A stretch of 63,902 nt of DNA, counting the filler, from Choristocarpus tenellus KU-1152 (Eukaryota; Protista; Phaeophyceae), in NCBI GenBank assembly GCA_964200185.2. It is 11 parts of 11 records of this genome, joined end to end, with 100 filler letters (N's around TTAATTAATTAA, not from the genome) between each part and the next. Parts side by side here need not be neighbours in the genome. Positions count along the whole stretch, not along the records: positions 16,746 to 28,613 come from CAXNAD020002092.1; positions 28,714 to 41,009 come from CAXNAD020001884.1; positions 41,110 to 44,408 come from CAXNAD020020947.1; positions 44,509 to 49,868 come from CAXNAD020011041.1; 7 more parts are not named here. The stretch is one strand, 5' to 3'. Positions 26,651 to 44,957 of this stretch are shown here, one piece after another. Under the pieces are notes generated by a model. That model was not told the DNA's origin. It saw only the letters and a list, made by a program, of their open reading frames with translations, and did not search any database. The position numbers and the translations under genes were made by a program. Numbering within the stretch: the stretch's first letter is position 1; every line of letters begins with the position of its first letter.

Positions 26651-27877
26651 TCAATCCCCACTGTCTAGCCTAATTCTCTGTACACACTCCTCACTAATTC
26701 GTACTCTAGCTCCTTCAGCCAGGGCCCCTCCATTCCGAGCGTCATTTTGTGCCCAACCCATTGGCTTTACAATAGCACACCTCTCCCCTTGGGTCACACC
26801 CCTCATTCCTATAGCAACTCTTGGCGAGGCACCAGCCATTGGAGCTCTTCGAACACCTCCAGGGGCAGGAATAGCGCGACCAGCAGTACCCCCACGGGGT
26901 TCAATGGCCCTGCGCCCACCCTGCTCTTGCCTTCTCCTCTCTCCCTCCAGAATATCACTGGACTTCTCCAATACCGCTCCTGGTGCTGGCCTTGGGCCTG
27001 ACATTTCCCCTGCCCTTGGCTTCTGGTCAGGACCTGCCTGCAACCAGGCTAACTTCCGCACCATGCCTGCTCCCCTAGCTTCTGACCCCTGCATTTCATG
27101 CAGCAATGCTTCCCCAGTAGATGCTGAAGAGCGAAGAGTACCAGATGTGGGATATGGTGCACACCTTGCACCTGATGGTGATCCTTCTCCATCCTCCTGA
27201 TCCTCACCCCATTCAGAGCCTGCATCCATCTTGCTGGTGGCAGGTTTCAAACCAGTACACTTAGCAGTACTTGTCACTGCTTTCCCACCCTTTTTGCCTT
27301 CACCTCTCCTGACCTCCTGCCTTTGAGGTGGCACCAGGAATGCCGGAACGGGTGGGGGAGGCTGACAGTGTAGGCTCTCTTCAACAACAGCACCCCTGCA
27401 ATTGCAACCACCGTGATCTTCACCACCCAACTTATCTTTGCTTTTACTACCACCACGCTCTCTTCCAGATTTACTTCGACCTGAAGTTGAACAAGACCAA
27501 TCCCTGGACTTGATCGATGCCTGCGACGAGCCCACACTGCTCCCTCCAGAATAGGTATTGACACCACGCAACGCGCTTCGCACACTTGGTGGGACCTTGT
27601 TGACCTTGTTGACCTTGTTGCAGGATTTTGAACGGTTTGGAGTGGGAGAGGTAGGGGTGGTGGTAGTAGAGGCAGGGCAAGTGCCCGGGGGGGGAACAGG
27701 TCTTGGACGCATCGACACGATGGGCTTGGGTGGGCGACGCTGACCCTTTGCAGGGATTGACTTAGATATCTTTGCAGAGGACCTCTGTGCAAGGGAGGAG
27801 GCCTGCTGTCTTAGGCGCAGGGATTGTTCCAGGTAGGCTGGCTGACTCCGCAGCTCATTGGTGACGAATCTCCTTGC
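26651..27877 (-). CDS. Long terminal exon (409 codons) of an uncharacterised, mostly low-complexity protein
   Basis: Open frame from ccacag acceptor (ARRFVTNELRSQPAYLEQ...) to TGA; GC-rich relative to flanks. Confidence 0.65.
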   Translation of the reverse strand, partial: ARRFVTNELRSQPAYLEQSLRLRQQASSLAQRSSAKISKSIPAKGQRRPPKPIVSMRPRPVPPPGTCPASTTTTPTSPTPNRSKSCNKVNKVNKVPPSVRSALRGVNTYSGGSSVGSSQASIKSRDWSCSTSGRSKSGRERGGSKSKDKLGGEDHGGCNCRGAVVEESLHCQPPPPVPAFLVPPQRQEVRRGEGKKGGKAVTSTAKCTGLKPATSKMDAGSEWGEDQEDGEGSPSGARCAPYPTSGTLRSSASTGEALLHEMQGSEARGAGMVRKLAWLQAGPDQKPRAGEMSGPRPAPGAVLEKSSDILEGERRRQEQGGRRAIEPRGGTAGRAIPAPGGVRRAPMAGASPRVAIGMRGVTQGERCAIVKPMGWAQNDARNGGALAEGARVRISEECVQRIRLDSGD

Positions 27878-28463
27878 CTGTGGGTTGCGGTGTTGATGAT
27901 ATGGACCAGTGAGGAAGAAATGCTAATTGATTGTCAATGTTCTGGATCTGTTGCATTTTTCTCTCAAAATTTTGAAGACAATTGCACCAAGTCCTGGAGC
28001 TACATCACTTGCACACTAGGAGGGTCCCATCGTATTTTACGGCATGCTATCAACTGCGGGATCGTGATTCGTTTTTCAGTTTAACCCTGACTATACTAGT
28101 GCATTTCATGTCAGCATGTGTTGCCTGCCATTGCATTCTTACATTACCTCTCAAAAAAAATTCTTACATAATTTTGACGTTCAGTAGAATGGGCAATAAT
28201 ATTGTGGTATGTAACATGGTGCAAATTGTTGTGCCTATGATATGAAGGCTGAGTACATCCCACAATCTTTATAGGGATCCTTATTGAGCTCAATGATTAT
28301 GTGTAGCGCGTTTTTTATGTGTATACGTGCTTGTGTATGCACATATGTATGTAAATGTAATATGTGCTTGTGTATTTACGTGTATGGGAATGCAATGATG
28401 TATACACAAAATCATGTACTGATAGTCCAAACTTGTTTTAGGAAAAATATTTTATGCGACATA

Positions 28464-28613
28464 GGCTCAAAGTATCTGGGAGGGGGTGCCGGCTGTCCAT
28501 TTGGGGTCATTTTTTTCATCTCGCGATTTTTGCGTGATTTGGTTGCATACGTCGGATGGATACTGTAAATGCACTTTTCTTGATTTTGGTTCAAATGGAC
28601 ACCCTGGTGTAGA
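28464..28613. mobile_element. MITE family A copy (truncated by contig end)
   Basis: GGCTCAAAGTATCTGGGAGGGGG...GTCCATTTGGGG...AAATGGACACCCTGGTGTAGA. Confidence 0.85.
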
Positions 28614-28759
28614 NNNNNNNNNNNNNNNNNNNNNNNNNNNNNNNNNNNNNNNNNNNNTTAATTAATTAANNNNNNNNNNNNNNNNNNNNNNNNNNNNNNN
28701 NNNNNNNNNNNNNATAAAATCAAATGTTGATATTTATTTTTTTTCTAGTACCCGCCAAG

Positions 28760-28933
28760 GAGGGGGGGGGGGGGGGGGGGGGGGGCTTCGCCAAAGCGTT
28801 CGTTTGGACCCACACCAGGAAAAGTGCACTTTCATTATCCATCCACCGTATGGAACCAAATCACCCAATAATCGCGACATGAAAAATTTAGCTCCAAATG
28901 GACAGTCACCACCCCCCCCAGGTACTTTGAGCC
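28760..28933. mobile_element. MITE family A copy (opposite orientation)
   Basis: CCAGGAAAAGTGCACTT...CCAAATGGACAGTCACC...GGTACTTTGAGCC. Confidence 0.8.
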
Positions 28934-29436
28934 AAACACAAACTTCCACTACTTTGGAGGATACATACATTTAGAGAAGTTGCAATTTCGACTCTGAGCC
29001 CCATACAATATAATCTTAGACCTGTCAAACAACCTCATTAATCAACACTGACTGTGAGAGGAAAAAAATATTGCGTTGGCTGATTAAGGGGTAAATGCTG
29101 TGCGAAGCAAGATCTATGTGTGTAGGTCACCATCAATGAAAGTAGCTTAGGCTACAATTGTAGGGCTACAATAAAGCTATCAGAAGGGATACAAATGTAA
29201 AATTGCAGCCAGCAAGCTAGGCATCACACAATGTTGACCACAAAATGTACTCCCTCCTAGCATGTCCTAGCATGGTTGAATCAAAGTGTTGGATAGCATG
29301 GTTGACGGATCATGCAGTCACCACTTCCAGCATTGTGGCATCACATATCATACAATTGTCACAAACAACAATGCACCACCCAGCAGTGTGGGAATGGAGC
29401 ACAATAGTCCTGACAAAAAACACCTGGCTCACCGAC

Positions 29437-31926
29437 CTGAGCAACTACTGTGAGGAGACCTTTCCAACGCCGGTGTTGAGCAAATGCAAGGGCCGCTATC
29501 TCACCACCATGACGAGCCAGCTCAATTACTGCCTTTACGGATAGGACCAGAATTGCCTGCAGAGGATGTTTCAACGCCAGGGCACCAAGGGGATATTATG
29601 CATCTCGATCACAACTCAAGCACAGATACTAGTAACTTGGTTTTGATAGGCTCTGTCATGTATTTATTGGGGGGTGAGGAGATGGGGAGGTCCCAGGTGG
29701 TTTCTGTTGGCGCTGTTGAGAGAAAGCATCCAATGACTCAGCCAGACTCTTAAGTATGTTTGTCAGCAGAGCACAAGGTTACCTCATTCTGTTGGTGGGA
29801 GATGACGCTATTTGATAGGCACTTCCCTGCCTTGACTTGAGGGAGGCTTGTGGCAGCTGCTCTTGCATGTTGGAGGTTGGTGCTCTATAAGATTCATGGT
29901 AGGTAGAGTATCGCAAGGAATTACATCCATCAAACAGGGAGAGAAGGCTTCAGTATGCTGCCACTTGTACAATCAGAATTATTGTTCAAGCCTGGATGAC
30001 TTTTTCCAGCCCTCTGCATTTGTTTTCTGCTTATTCAATGAGAAGATACAAAGGAGTGATGCATTCTTCAGGAAATAATGAGGACATTTGGTGTATGTTG
30101 ATTGGAAGAACCAAGTGCACTTGCAGCAATGAAATGGTGACATAGTGGTTTGACTATCTCATCGCCTTCCCCAAGCCACAGGCAAGTACTGAATGTGTAG
30201 ATGAGGACAAGCTTAAGGAGCTATTATTACTGCATGAAACGTTTGAGGGTAGGTAGTTGAATCGGCACATCTGGAGGATGGCAATATTTTGTCAGGGTTC
30301 AAAAGGAAACCAGAATGAGACTTGCTTGCATTAGATGCACCAGGAGGTCCAGGGCAGCTGCCTGTGCATTTCTATACTTGGGGGGCCACTGAAGGACCGC
30401 CCAGCAAGACCCCGCAATTCCATTGCACAGAAGAATCTCTGAGGCATTTGAACCTCCAACCCGAAGCAGGGGTACTATGGCCGTAAAACATGCTGCTAGA
30501 AGGGCAGGTGATTTCATCTGTCACAGAGGATTACACCACAGAGGAAGTTATATTTTTTGGAGACTTTCAAGGTGTACAGTTGGGACTATGTTGTGCATTT
30601 CCGTTCATGGCATGAAAACATGTACTGCTTCCATTGCACCAACACAGAATATCTACACAAGGCTCATTGCTGACTATTGCAACTCGCTGGGGCATGTTGT
30701 ACTTGCTCACATCATTTGAGGTCGTATTTACACCTCTTCCAAGTGCACTAGAGCATTCCACTACGGCGTCATGAATTACATACAATGAGCTGCTTACGAA
30801 GTTGTCCTAGTTTCATGCTTCCAATTGTTCGACCTGCCCATAAAGTCAGTGAATTAGTCCTTGGATCTGGGGACAGATAGTTAACAATGGGTAAATTTTT
30901 GCAATGCATGTGATCTATCGACCTTCCGCCTTTCAAGGATTCAATTTCTCTAGGGCGTTGGCGGTCTCAGTTTTTCCCAAAGGCATGTCATGGCAGCTTG
31001 ACCAAGCATCCAACATCTGTAGTGTCTGCTTTTCACATAAAATGACTGCAAGGTGTTCCGTTTTTGGTTAGGGTCAAGAGCTTCACTCCTCCGCTCCGAC
31101 TCCGGATCAATTTGATACAAGGAAGCCTCCACCTGCCCGGTATTGGGTCATCTTTCATAATGACCTCATCAAAGTCGACCACCTCAGCGAGTGTCCGTAG
31201 TCCACCGGCAACATACACCAAAAGGGCTTCCTTCCTTCCGTACGAAGTCACCTGGGTGTACTCGTGAAGATTAAGAATTGGCAGGCAAGTAAGTGTCGGA
31301 AGACAGTAGTAACAGGTAGTGGACATCATATAGGAAGAGACTAGTGGTGAAATATATGTTTATTTTACAAGGGAGACAAGAACGCCGACAATAGTTCTAC
31401 CTACCTCACATAACCGGATGGGACGATATGTAAGAACTTTTCTGACTACATACTGTGTGTTCTAGAACTACTGCTTCGTACTTGGAACATGACTATAGAC
31501 TCGAACATCAATAACCGAGATGCACAGACTATCTCAATTCAAATGCAATAGACTCACGAGAAGAACTGCTTGGACACAGCTCAGAAGGTGTTTGTGATAG
31601 TGCTGACTTCTGCTATTAGGGTTCGTCTCCACTATGGTAGTTCCTGCTGGGGCTACTGATTTGATGGCGTCCATCAACCCCCGAACTGCTTCATCAGCTT
31701 CAGCGACTAACTGATCCACTTGACGAACCCTGCATTGTGCGCAGTTTGATAGGGACATCGACATAAGCAATGGCTTATGCGGAGAGAGGTTAAGTGAGCA
31801 CACTTGGCACGCTGACCTGGACGTACTGGAGAACACTACGCCGATACGCCCCAGAAAATTGTCGCTCTCGCGCAGGGTCGAATCGCTTCCCAACACTAGC
31901 GTACTGCTACAAGTACTTGACGGCAT
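29437..31926 (-). CDS. 5' part of an uncharacterised multi-exon, helical (ARM/HEAT-like) protein gene
   Basis: Phase-compatible exons MPSSTCS...STSR / VRQVDQLVAEADEAVRGLMDAIKS...QAVLL / VTSYGRKEALLVYVAGGLRTLAEVVDF... / MKSPALLAACFTAIVPLL... / AILVLSVKAVIELARHGGE...; the fold is a guess from amphipathic pattern. Confidence 0.6.
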
Positions 31927-32219
31927 TGTGTGTGCAATTGATGTGTCACAAAAAAACGAGGAAAGGAAGAAGCCGAAGTGAAATACAGCAACTCAATAAC
32001 TCGACGTACTCTCAACGCCCAACCTCAACGCTCAATGCACTAAAATCCAAGTGCTGATTGGAGGATTGGAGGGTTCACAGTTTCAATTTCAAACGAGAGT
32101 CCATTCGTCTGCATCTCTCTGTGGCCAGCTCCAGAGCAGTTACCCATAATCAATAACCTTTACCCATCTTCCACATAAACGAAGTACCAGAGTGTGAAGT
32201 TGCTTGTCCAGTTCGAAAC

Positions 32220-33335
32220 ATGACAAGACAGGAGGAGGTGTGTCAACTGAGTGTTCTCTTTCTTTTTCTATCTAGTAGTGGCCACACTTGCAGCTTACCA
32301 TCTCGTACGATTGTTTGCCTCCTTTGCGCTTGTCTCACTCACTTCACTTCAGTTTGACGCTCAGGCTGAGCCGTTCTTAGTCAAGGAACCATATCGGGGG
32401 GGGATTCGAATCCGCTATAGTCGACACCGTCGACCTCCCCCACCAAAGACCACTCTTGCTGCTGCCCTGATGCTGATGGGAGGGATGGTGAGAGGGAGGT
32501 TTTCTTTAGAATTAGTTTTAAGAAGAGACCGCACACATCAACGGTTCACCAGACCAACCTCTCAAGGCACCCTTGCTGTCAAATCCCCTGGTTGTTACAT
32601 TTTATGATGATGACTACTTTTGTATGTATCATATGGTGTTGTTGATTTCTCCTTCATAGCTTCTTCAAGCATCAAAAATAACCACAGTTTGCACTTTGTT
32701 GTTTGGGAGGTATCGCTCGATATTGTGGGGAGTGGAATGCAACCACCAAGGTAAAACCGTTCAAAGCTATCGCAATCTTGATAGCCTTCGACCAATCACC
32801 CCTGCCTAACGTGGGGCGATGGAAACCAACCAGTAAGTCAAATCCACTTCTAAGTACCAGGTCATGACAAAGCATTTTTTTCCTGTTACCTCTTGTTTAT
32901 GCTCCTTTCCTGTGGCAAGCTGATGGCACTATTGGGATTGGGGGAGTGGTGGATAGGCGATAGAGAACGTGGACATGCCCTACTGGTCATCGGAGCCATA
33001 TGTGAGTGGGGGGAGGTTTGATGAAAATGCACTTAGGCATCAAGGGTTGATGCTTCTGTATCTCTGCCTTCATCTATGTAGCTCTGCAATCCTTGTATTG
33101 CATTGATGTGCCATAGTCATCCATTAAATTACTAATTGCGCTCCTTCCATCAGTTGCGGCGATAGGGAATTGTAGGAAGTTTACTTTTGCAATAGCCTAC
33201 TGCGCACTCATCTCGAGTCTTTTCATTTGCCTTACAGTGTTACTACCTGGAACCTACGCATCCCTCAATCTACTTGGAGCATACCTGGGGTGGCCAGGAT
33301 ATAGTTACAACTCCATCCCATCCTATGACGACTGA
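32220..33335 (+). CDS. TMEM230: Transmembrane protein 230/134 family (DUF872); exons 32220-32237, 32353-32487, 32920-33001, 33238-33335
   Basis: Spliced product ...PPPKTTLAAALMLMGGMLMALLGLGEWWIGDRERGHALLVIGAILLLPGTYASLNLLGAYLGWPGYSYNSIPSYDD* has two TM helices and the LPGxY...GYSY..IP.(F/Y)DD tail; only exon 2 shows in the ORF track. Confidence 0.85.
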
Positions 33336-34449
33336 GCACCAAGCTATGTAAATGTACAAAAGCTCTTAACTAAAAAGTAACTTCAAAGTGGGTAGGTACG
33401 TTGGGGTAGGACATTCACAGTCTTTTTTTTATTGGGTTAGCAGCTAGAGCATTATCATGATATGGTGATACACATGCTGATACACATGCTCATGATGAAT
33501 TCTGACAAAGATGAAAAGCCATGCAGTGTATGCAATGTATACACTCTTTGTGTAACTCAGTTACACATTTATTGTGTCACTAGTTGCGTTGAGGTATCAA
33601 TCTATGTGCATAGTACGTAAGTATCCTACTTCAATTGGATGCAACTACAGGAGCTGATCAGCCTAGCCAAGTCTGTGTCTCCTTAATTAATGGGAGCACA
33701 GCATTAACAACGGCATAGTTGTGCATGAATTTAAATGCTTGTTTACAATCAGTAGCCATTCCCTTTTGAGTGTGAAGCTGGAGTAGCTACATCATAGTGC
33801 TGGCTAGACATCGACAGAGTATGTAGAGAGGAGGGGTTCTGATGTTGTACTGTTGTCCTGTCCTGCACTGCGCAATACTTCAGCCAGCACAAAAAAAGCC
33901 TTTCATCTTCCTTCGGCAGGCTTCAATCAAGCAGGCAGCACTCAAACTGATGCGATCATGAATGCAATTGGGCGGTTAGGTACTTAGCTGCGCATCCTTC
34001 TACATTGTTCTGCCAAACATTGAGAAGTGGGGCCACCAAAATCTGTCACTCTATGATAGTTGAACATAAATAACACAACAGACAATAATATACTACTTCA
34101 GAGCATTAGATACGAGAAATAAGAGTACATTCTGGATAACCAAATGTTCTGTGCGCCACAGCAAAATATCAAAAACAAGGTGTGAATGAGAGCATAACTT
34201 CCTTTCCAATTGTTTGCTTGAGCACCACAGCCCATACATATATTACATATAATACTTGGCTTTGTCAACAAAAATGGATACAACATGATGATGCCTTGTC
34301 CAAACAATCACAATCAATAACATCTAAACAACCAAACCCTTTCACATACTAGAGTCTACCTTACAGCTACTACTGAATGATGTGCTGTTGTGATGGACCA
34401 CTGCACTTGTTATAGCTTTGGCATGATAGAAGAGGTGACACAATGCATG

Positions 34450-40668
<6,219 letters not shown>

Positions 40669-40820
40669 CTTTAACAAAAAAAAAAGAGAGAACACCCACC
40701 AACATGTGGGAAGTTATATATCTATAACATAGCTTCTTTCCATTGATCATACATATGTTGTTCATTGTACTCAATTTCATCTACATGTCGTACTTGTGTA
40801 CCTTTATATTGTACCGTTAT

Positions 40821-41009
40821 ATACTCCAAACTACATACAGTTGTATACTCAATACTCCAAACCACATACAGTTGTATACTCAATACTCCAAACTACATAC
40901 AGTTGTATACTCAATACTCCAAACCACATACAGTTGTATACTCAATACTCCAAACTACATACAGTTGTATACTCAATACTCCAAACCACATACAGTTGTA
41001 TACTCAATA
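40821..41009. repeat. Intronic minisatellite, 31 bp x6 or more, running into the contig end
   Basis: ATACTCCAAAC(T/C)ACATACAGTTGTATACTCA repeated. Confidence 0.95.
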
Positions 41010-42551
41010 NNNNNNNNNNNNNNNNNNNNNNNNNNNNNNNNNNNNNNNNNNNNTTAATTAATTAANNNNNNNNNNNNNNNNNNNNNNNNNNNNNNNNNNN
41101 NNNNNNNNNACCATCACCCCCCCCCCCCCCCCAGATACTTTGACCCTCTGCTTAATTTTGTGTCCTTACTTTTGTCTTGTATTTTAAGAAAGGAATACGA
41201 TGCCTCTCTCACTGGAACTTTTAAAATATGTGTGTTATGTGTATCTAGAGAGTGATACACTGTTAACTTCTATCATTGATATCCCCCCCGGTTTTCTGTT
41301 CAAGTAAGGGACATACATATATAAATATAAATAAATAGTGATAACAGTGTAGTTGGTAGTACAGTATGATTATGAAAGAACTCATTGCAGTAGGACAAAT
41401 AAAAAAAATTATAAATATACCGTGTTGATGTTATGTGTGCTCACATCAGTGGTACTCCAGAGTGTATTAATATTTAGATTTATAGGTATATTAGTATATA
41501 GTTCTATGGTGGCATACTAACCTGCCAACCCCCCCCCCCCTTTAGTGCAGTTAACAGCAATCTCGGGTTTGTTACATATATTAGGGTTAGGGCACCCCAA
41601 TAAGTGAGCTGCATTTAGTTGTTGATGTATCTTTGAGGTACAAGTGCTGATATTGGAGGAAGAGAAACATCATTGCGGTCCAGTATGGGTGTTTGCTATT
41701 ACAATTCGTGTACCCTGCTGCTACTCTGTACTTGACTGTACTGTACCATGATACTGTTATTCACCCCCTAATGTAGAGGTACACTATGTAGAGGTGTACC
41801 TCCATGGGGTGAGGTAAGGCGGTACCTTGTCTGAAGTGCAGATTGCAAGTTCATTTGTGCTGTATTTGTCGTTGTCACAACTTCAGTTTTGTACAATTTT
41901 AGTTGTGTGCGAGTACTGCTGTAGGACAAGTATCACATTAGGACAAATAAATGTCTATTAATAATAATAGTAACAGTACAGTATACTACAGGGAGGGGGT
42001 TCTACTGTACCCCCACAGTAGTATACTATTACTGTTATTACTATGAACTGTGGTGCTGCACACATACTTGAGGTTTGAAAGGATGCAAAGGTGTGGGTGA
42101 CTATAGATAGAGTCATACAGTATTGAGCAAGGGTAGTGCTAGAAAAAGGTTCAGTAGATGGATTGTTGATTACTAGTGTACTCTGGAGTATGTATTCAAA
42201 AGTCACTACAACATGAGTGCTTTTGAAACAGTGTACCGGCTCTCTGTGTTTGACCAATACAATACCACTCTTCAGCATGCGTCATTGAGAGTAACCTCTT
42301 TTGACTGACTCTCCAGAGGTTTTTTCATTTTTCATTCCATAGCAAGGTTCAACAACCCCACCCCCACCCCCTTTTTTACAATTATCTTTTTACAATTATC
42401 TCATTTGTGGGGCCTATACGTCCCCCCTTTCCCACTCCTCCCCTGGTTCAGGGGTCACCATGCAGTGTTACTCTGTAAAGTAAGACGTTTACTGCGTCCT
42501 TCATGCAATCACCTCCCAACCTTCAACCAAACACCTCCCATCCATCCTTAG

Positions 42552-43745
42552 GAATACCAGGAGCATTGAAGTATATCATTACGCCTGAGATCTATACCAC
42601 CAGGCACAGAGCGACTGCCATGGGGAGTGCAAGCGCCTGGACAAGAATTGCTGGTACAATGTCTTTGGGTGTACTGCACTTTGAAGTACTTCAAGAGTTT
42701 TCTCAATGCTGCCGCTGTGTAGGGTTAGGGTTAGGGTTATCACTACTGTTGTTTCAGTGGTGGGTGTTTTTGTGTTTTTTTTAGTACCACCAATGCACAT
42801 GGCTGACTCTCCCTCCTCTCTTGTTTTTTTTCACTTTAAAAAAAGGGTGCACCCTTTATTGGTGTTTTCTATTATAGACTTGAGTAGGTACTGTACAGGT
42901 GCATTTCATGCCGTACCTACTTTTAGGAAACCTCTATCGACAAGAGATGAAGCTCACCGACTGAGAATCAATTGAGAAATAACCCATTGCCCTGCCCTTC
43001 CCCATGACATAAAACCAGAGAATTCCTTGGCTAAGACCTTTTGGTCAAGTCGCCCCCCACCCCCCATGAATCGCATGTAACCCCGATTTGTACTGCATTA
43101 TATTATACCGTTGCTGTACGTATTATTATTAATTTTATCATTTATGTAGACCTTTGTTGAAGTTATCGCATGGCTTGTCACATTTACCCTGTGTTGATAG
43201 GGGAGGATGAGCCCTTGGTATGGATTCTTGTGAGATATTCACTGATCAGCACCTTGTTAGGTTACCACCCACCCTTTCCAAGGTTAAAAAAAAGAAGAGG
43301 AATGGTTTCACATGTATCACCCAAGTCCACTGCTGTCGCTAAACGGCTCTTTTTTCCCAACTGATCGACTAGTCGTTGCACAGGTCATCTCTTGCTTGAG
43401 GATGTACCTTGCCTTGGGTGTAATAATAATAAGAAGAATATTAATAACTTTATTATTATTATTATTAAAATTAATGTCTAGTAGCACGTAGTGATTCTCT
43501 CGAGATTTTAAAATGAGAAGGATCCCCAGCCTCAAGGGAACCGCTTTGTTTTTATTTGATGCCACAAGTTTATTTTATTGATTTTCACCTGCCCAAGAGC
43601 CCTAACCCTTTCCGACCTGTTGAACCTGCATTATTGGAAGGCTTTCTTGCGCCATTGATATCTGAGGTTATGTACACTCGACTGGGCCCGGGGAGTCCAT
43701 TGATCCTGTATGGGTGTTCTATGATACTCAGTGCTGTCTGTTCAG
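42552..43745 (+). CDS. MFS transporter (SVOP/SLC22-like), TM10-12 exons 42552-42653 and 43641-43745
   Basis: YIITPEIYTTRHRATAMGSASAWTRIAGFLAPLI fits the PE(I/L)YPT..R.T..G......R.G...AP motif; phase-1 junction. Confidence 0.85.
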
Positions 43746-44716
43746 GTACGAACTGGTTGTGTGTGTGTGTTTTTTTTTAATTTTCATGTGATGTTATGTA
43801 AACACCCCTGTACTCATTATATAAAGTAAATGTTAAAAAAAAAATGTCATCGTTTTGATTCTTACTATTTTATTGTGACTCTTTTATCTTGTGTACTTTT
43901 GGGAGGGTGTTGTGACTGTGTAAAAATAATAAAAAATGTTCCGTGCACGTTCTTTTTTGCTTCTTTTCAGGAAGAAAAAAAAAACTGCATGGAAGTGCGT
44001 TTCTCAGTACTGTGTGTATGGTGGAGCACATTACTGTGTGGTAAAAAGAGGCAAAAGTATTGTGTGTGTGTGTGTGTGTATGTGTATGTGCTTTTTTGGT
44101 CCAAAGTACTGGTTGCTTTGCTGTGGCAGGAAATTGCCGTGAATAGGCGGTATGAGTATTAATAAAAAGATACATACATAGTTTGTGTTCTTAAATTTTT
44201 GCAATTTTTGTACAACTTTTATTTTGTACTGACCTGCACTCCCTGAGGAGTAAAGAGAGAGATAAAACACTTGAGTCTGCATACAATCCTATATATGAAC
44301 AAGGAACTGATCGGTGGGGGGGGGGGGGGGGGGTTTTTTTCTCAATGTTATTGGTGGGAAAAGGGAAAATAAACATTTGTTTTGTTTTATGGGGGGTTAA
44401 TTTTTTTTNNNNNNNNNNNNNNNNNNNNNNNNNNNNNNNNNNNNNNNNNNNNTTAATTAATTAANNNNNNNNNNNNNNNNNNNNNNNNNNNNNNNNNNNN
44501 NNNNNNNNCTAAGGAAGCATCCCAAGAATCCAACAGACCCCTCCTTGCCCATCTCCCTGGTGACTCTAGCTTAAAACGCATAGTAATAGTATCAATAGAA
44601 CATGCCCCCCTTGACACATCTGCAAATTTTCAGAGGGCATAATAAGTAGGGAGGTATGACGGTAAGTTATCCGAGTGTAAAAAAAAACAACTGGTTGTCC
44701 ATAGATGAAATATCCC

Positions 44717-44957
44717 AACATGACCGAGTCGGTCAGTGCCTGTCACCTCTTAACATCACCTTCACTCAACCATGTACAACCAAATTCGAACATGACCGAG
44801 TCCATGACCATCGCCAGTTTCTACTTAACTGTGCGAGGGGGCTACCCATACACATTCAACTTCGAACATGACCGAGTCCATGACCATTGATGGTTTTAAC
44901 ATAACTAAAGTCATAGGGGGGCCATGTACAACCGAGTTCGACATAACCGAGTCCATG
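44717..44957. repeat. Degenerate array of about 75-bp period with conserved core TTCGAACATGACCGAGTCCATGACCAT
   Basis: Cores at 44717 (partial), 44785, 44861, 44937. Confidence 0.8.

Noticed and set aside
40743-41065. Three overlapping repetitive ORFs
   Set aside because: Stop-free reading of an intronic minisatellite
44717-44957. True CRISPR array
   Set aside because: Only four cores, related intervals, no cas genes, eukaryotic context
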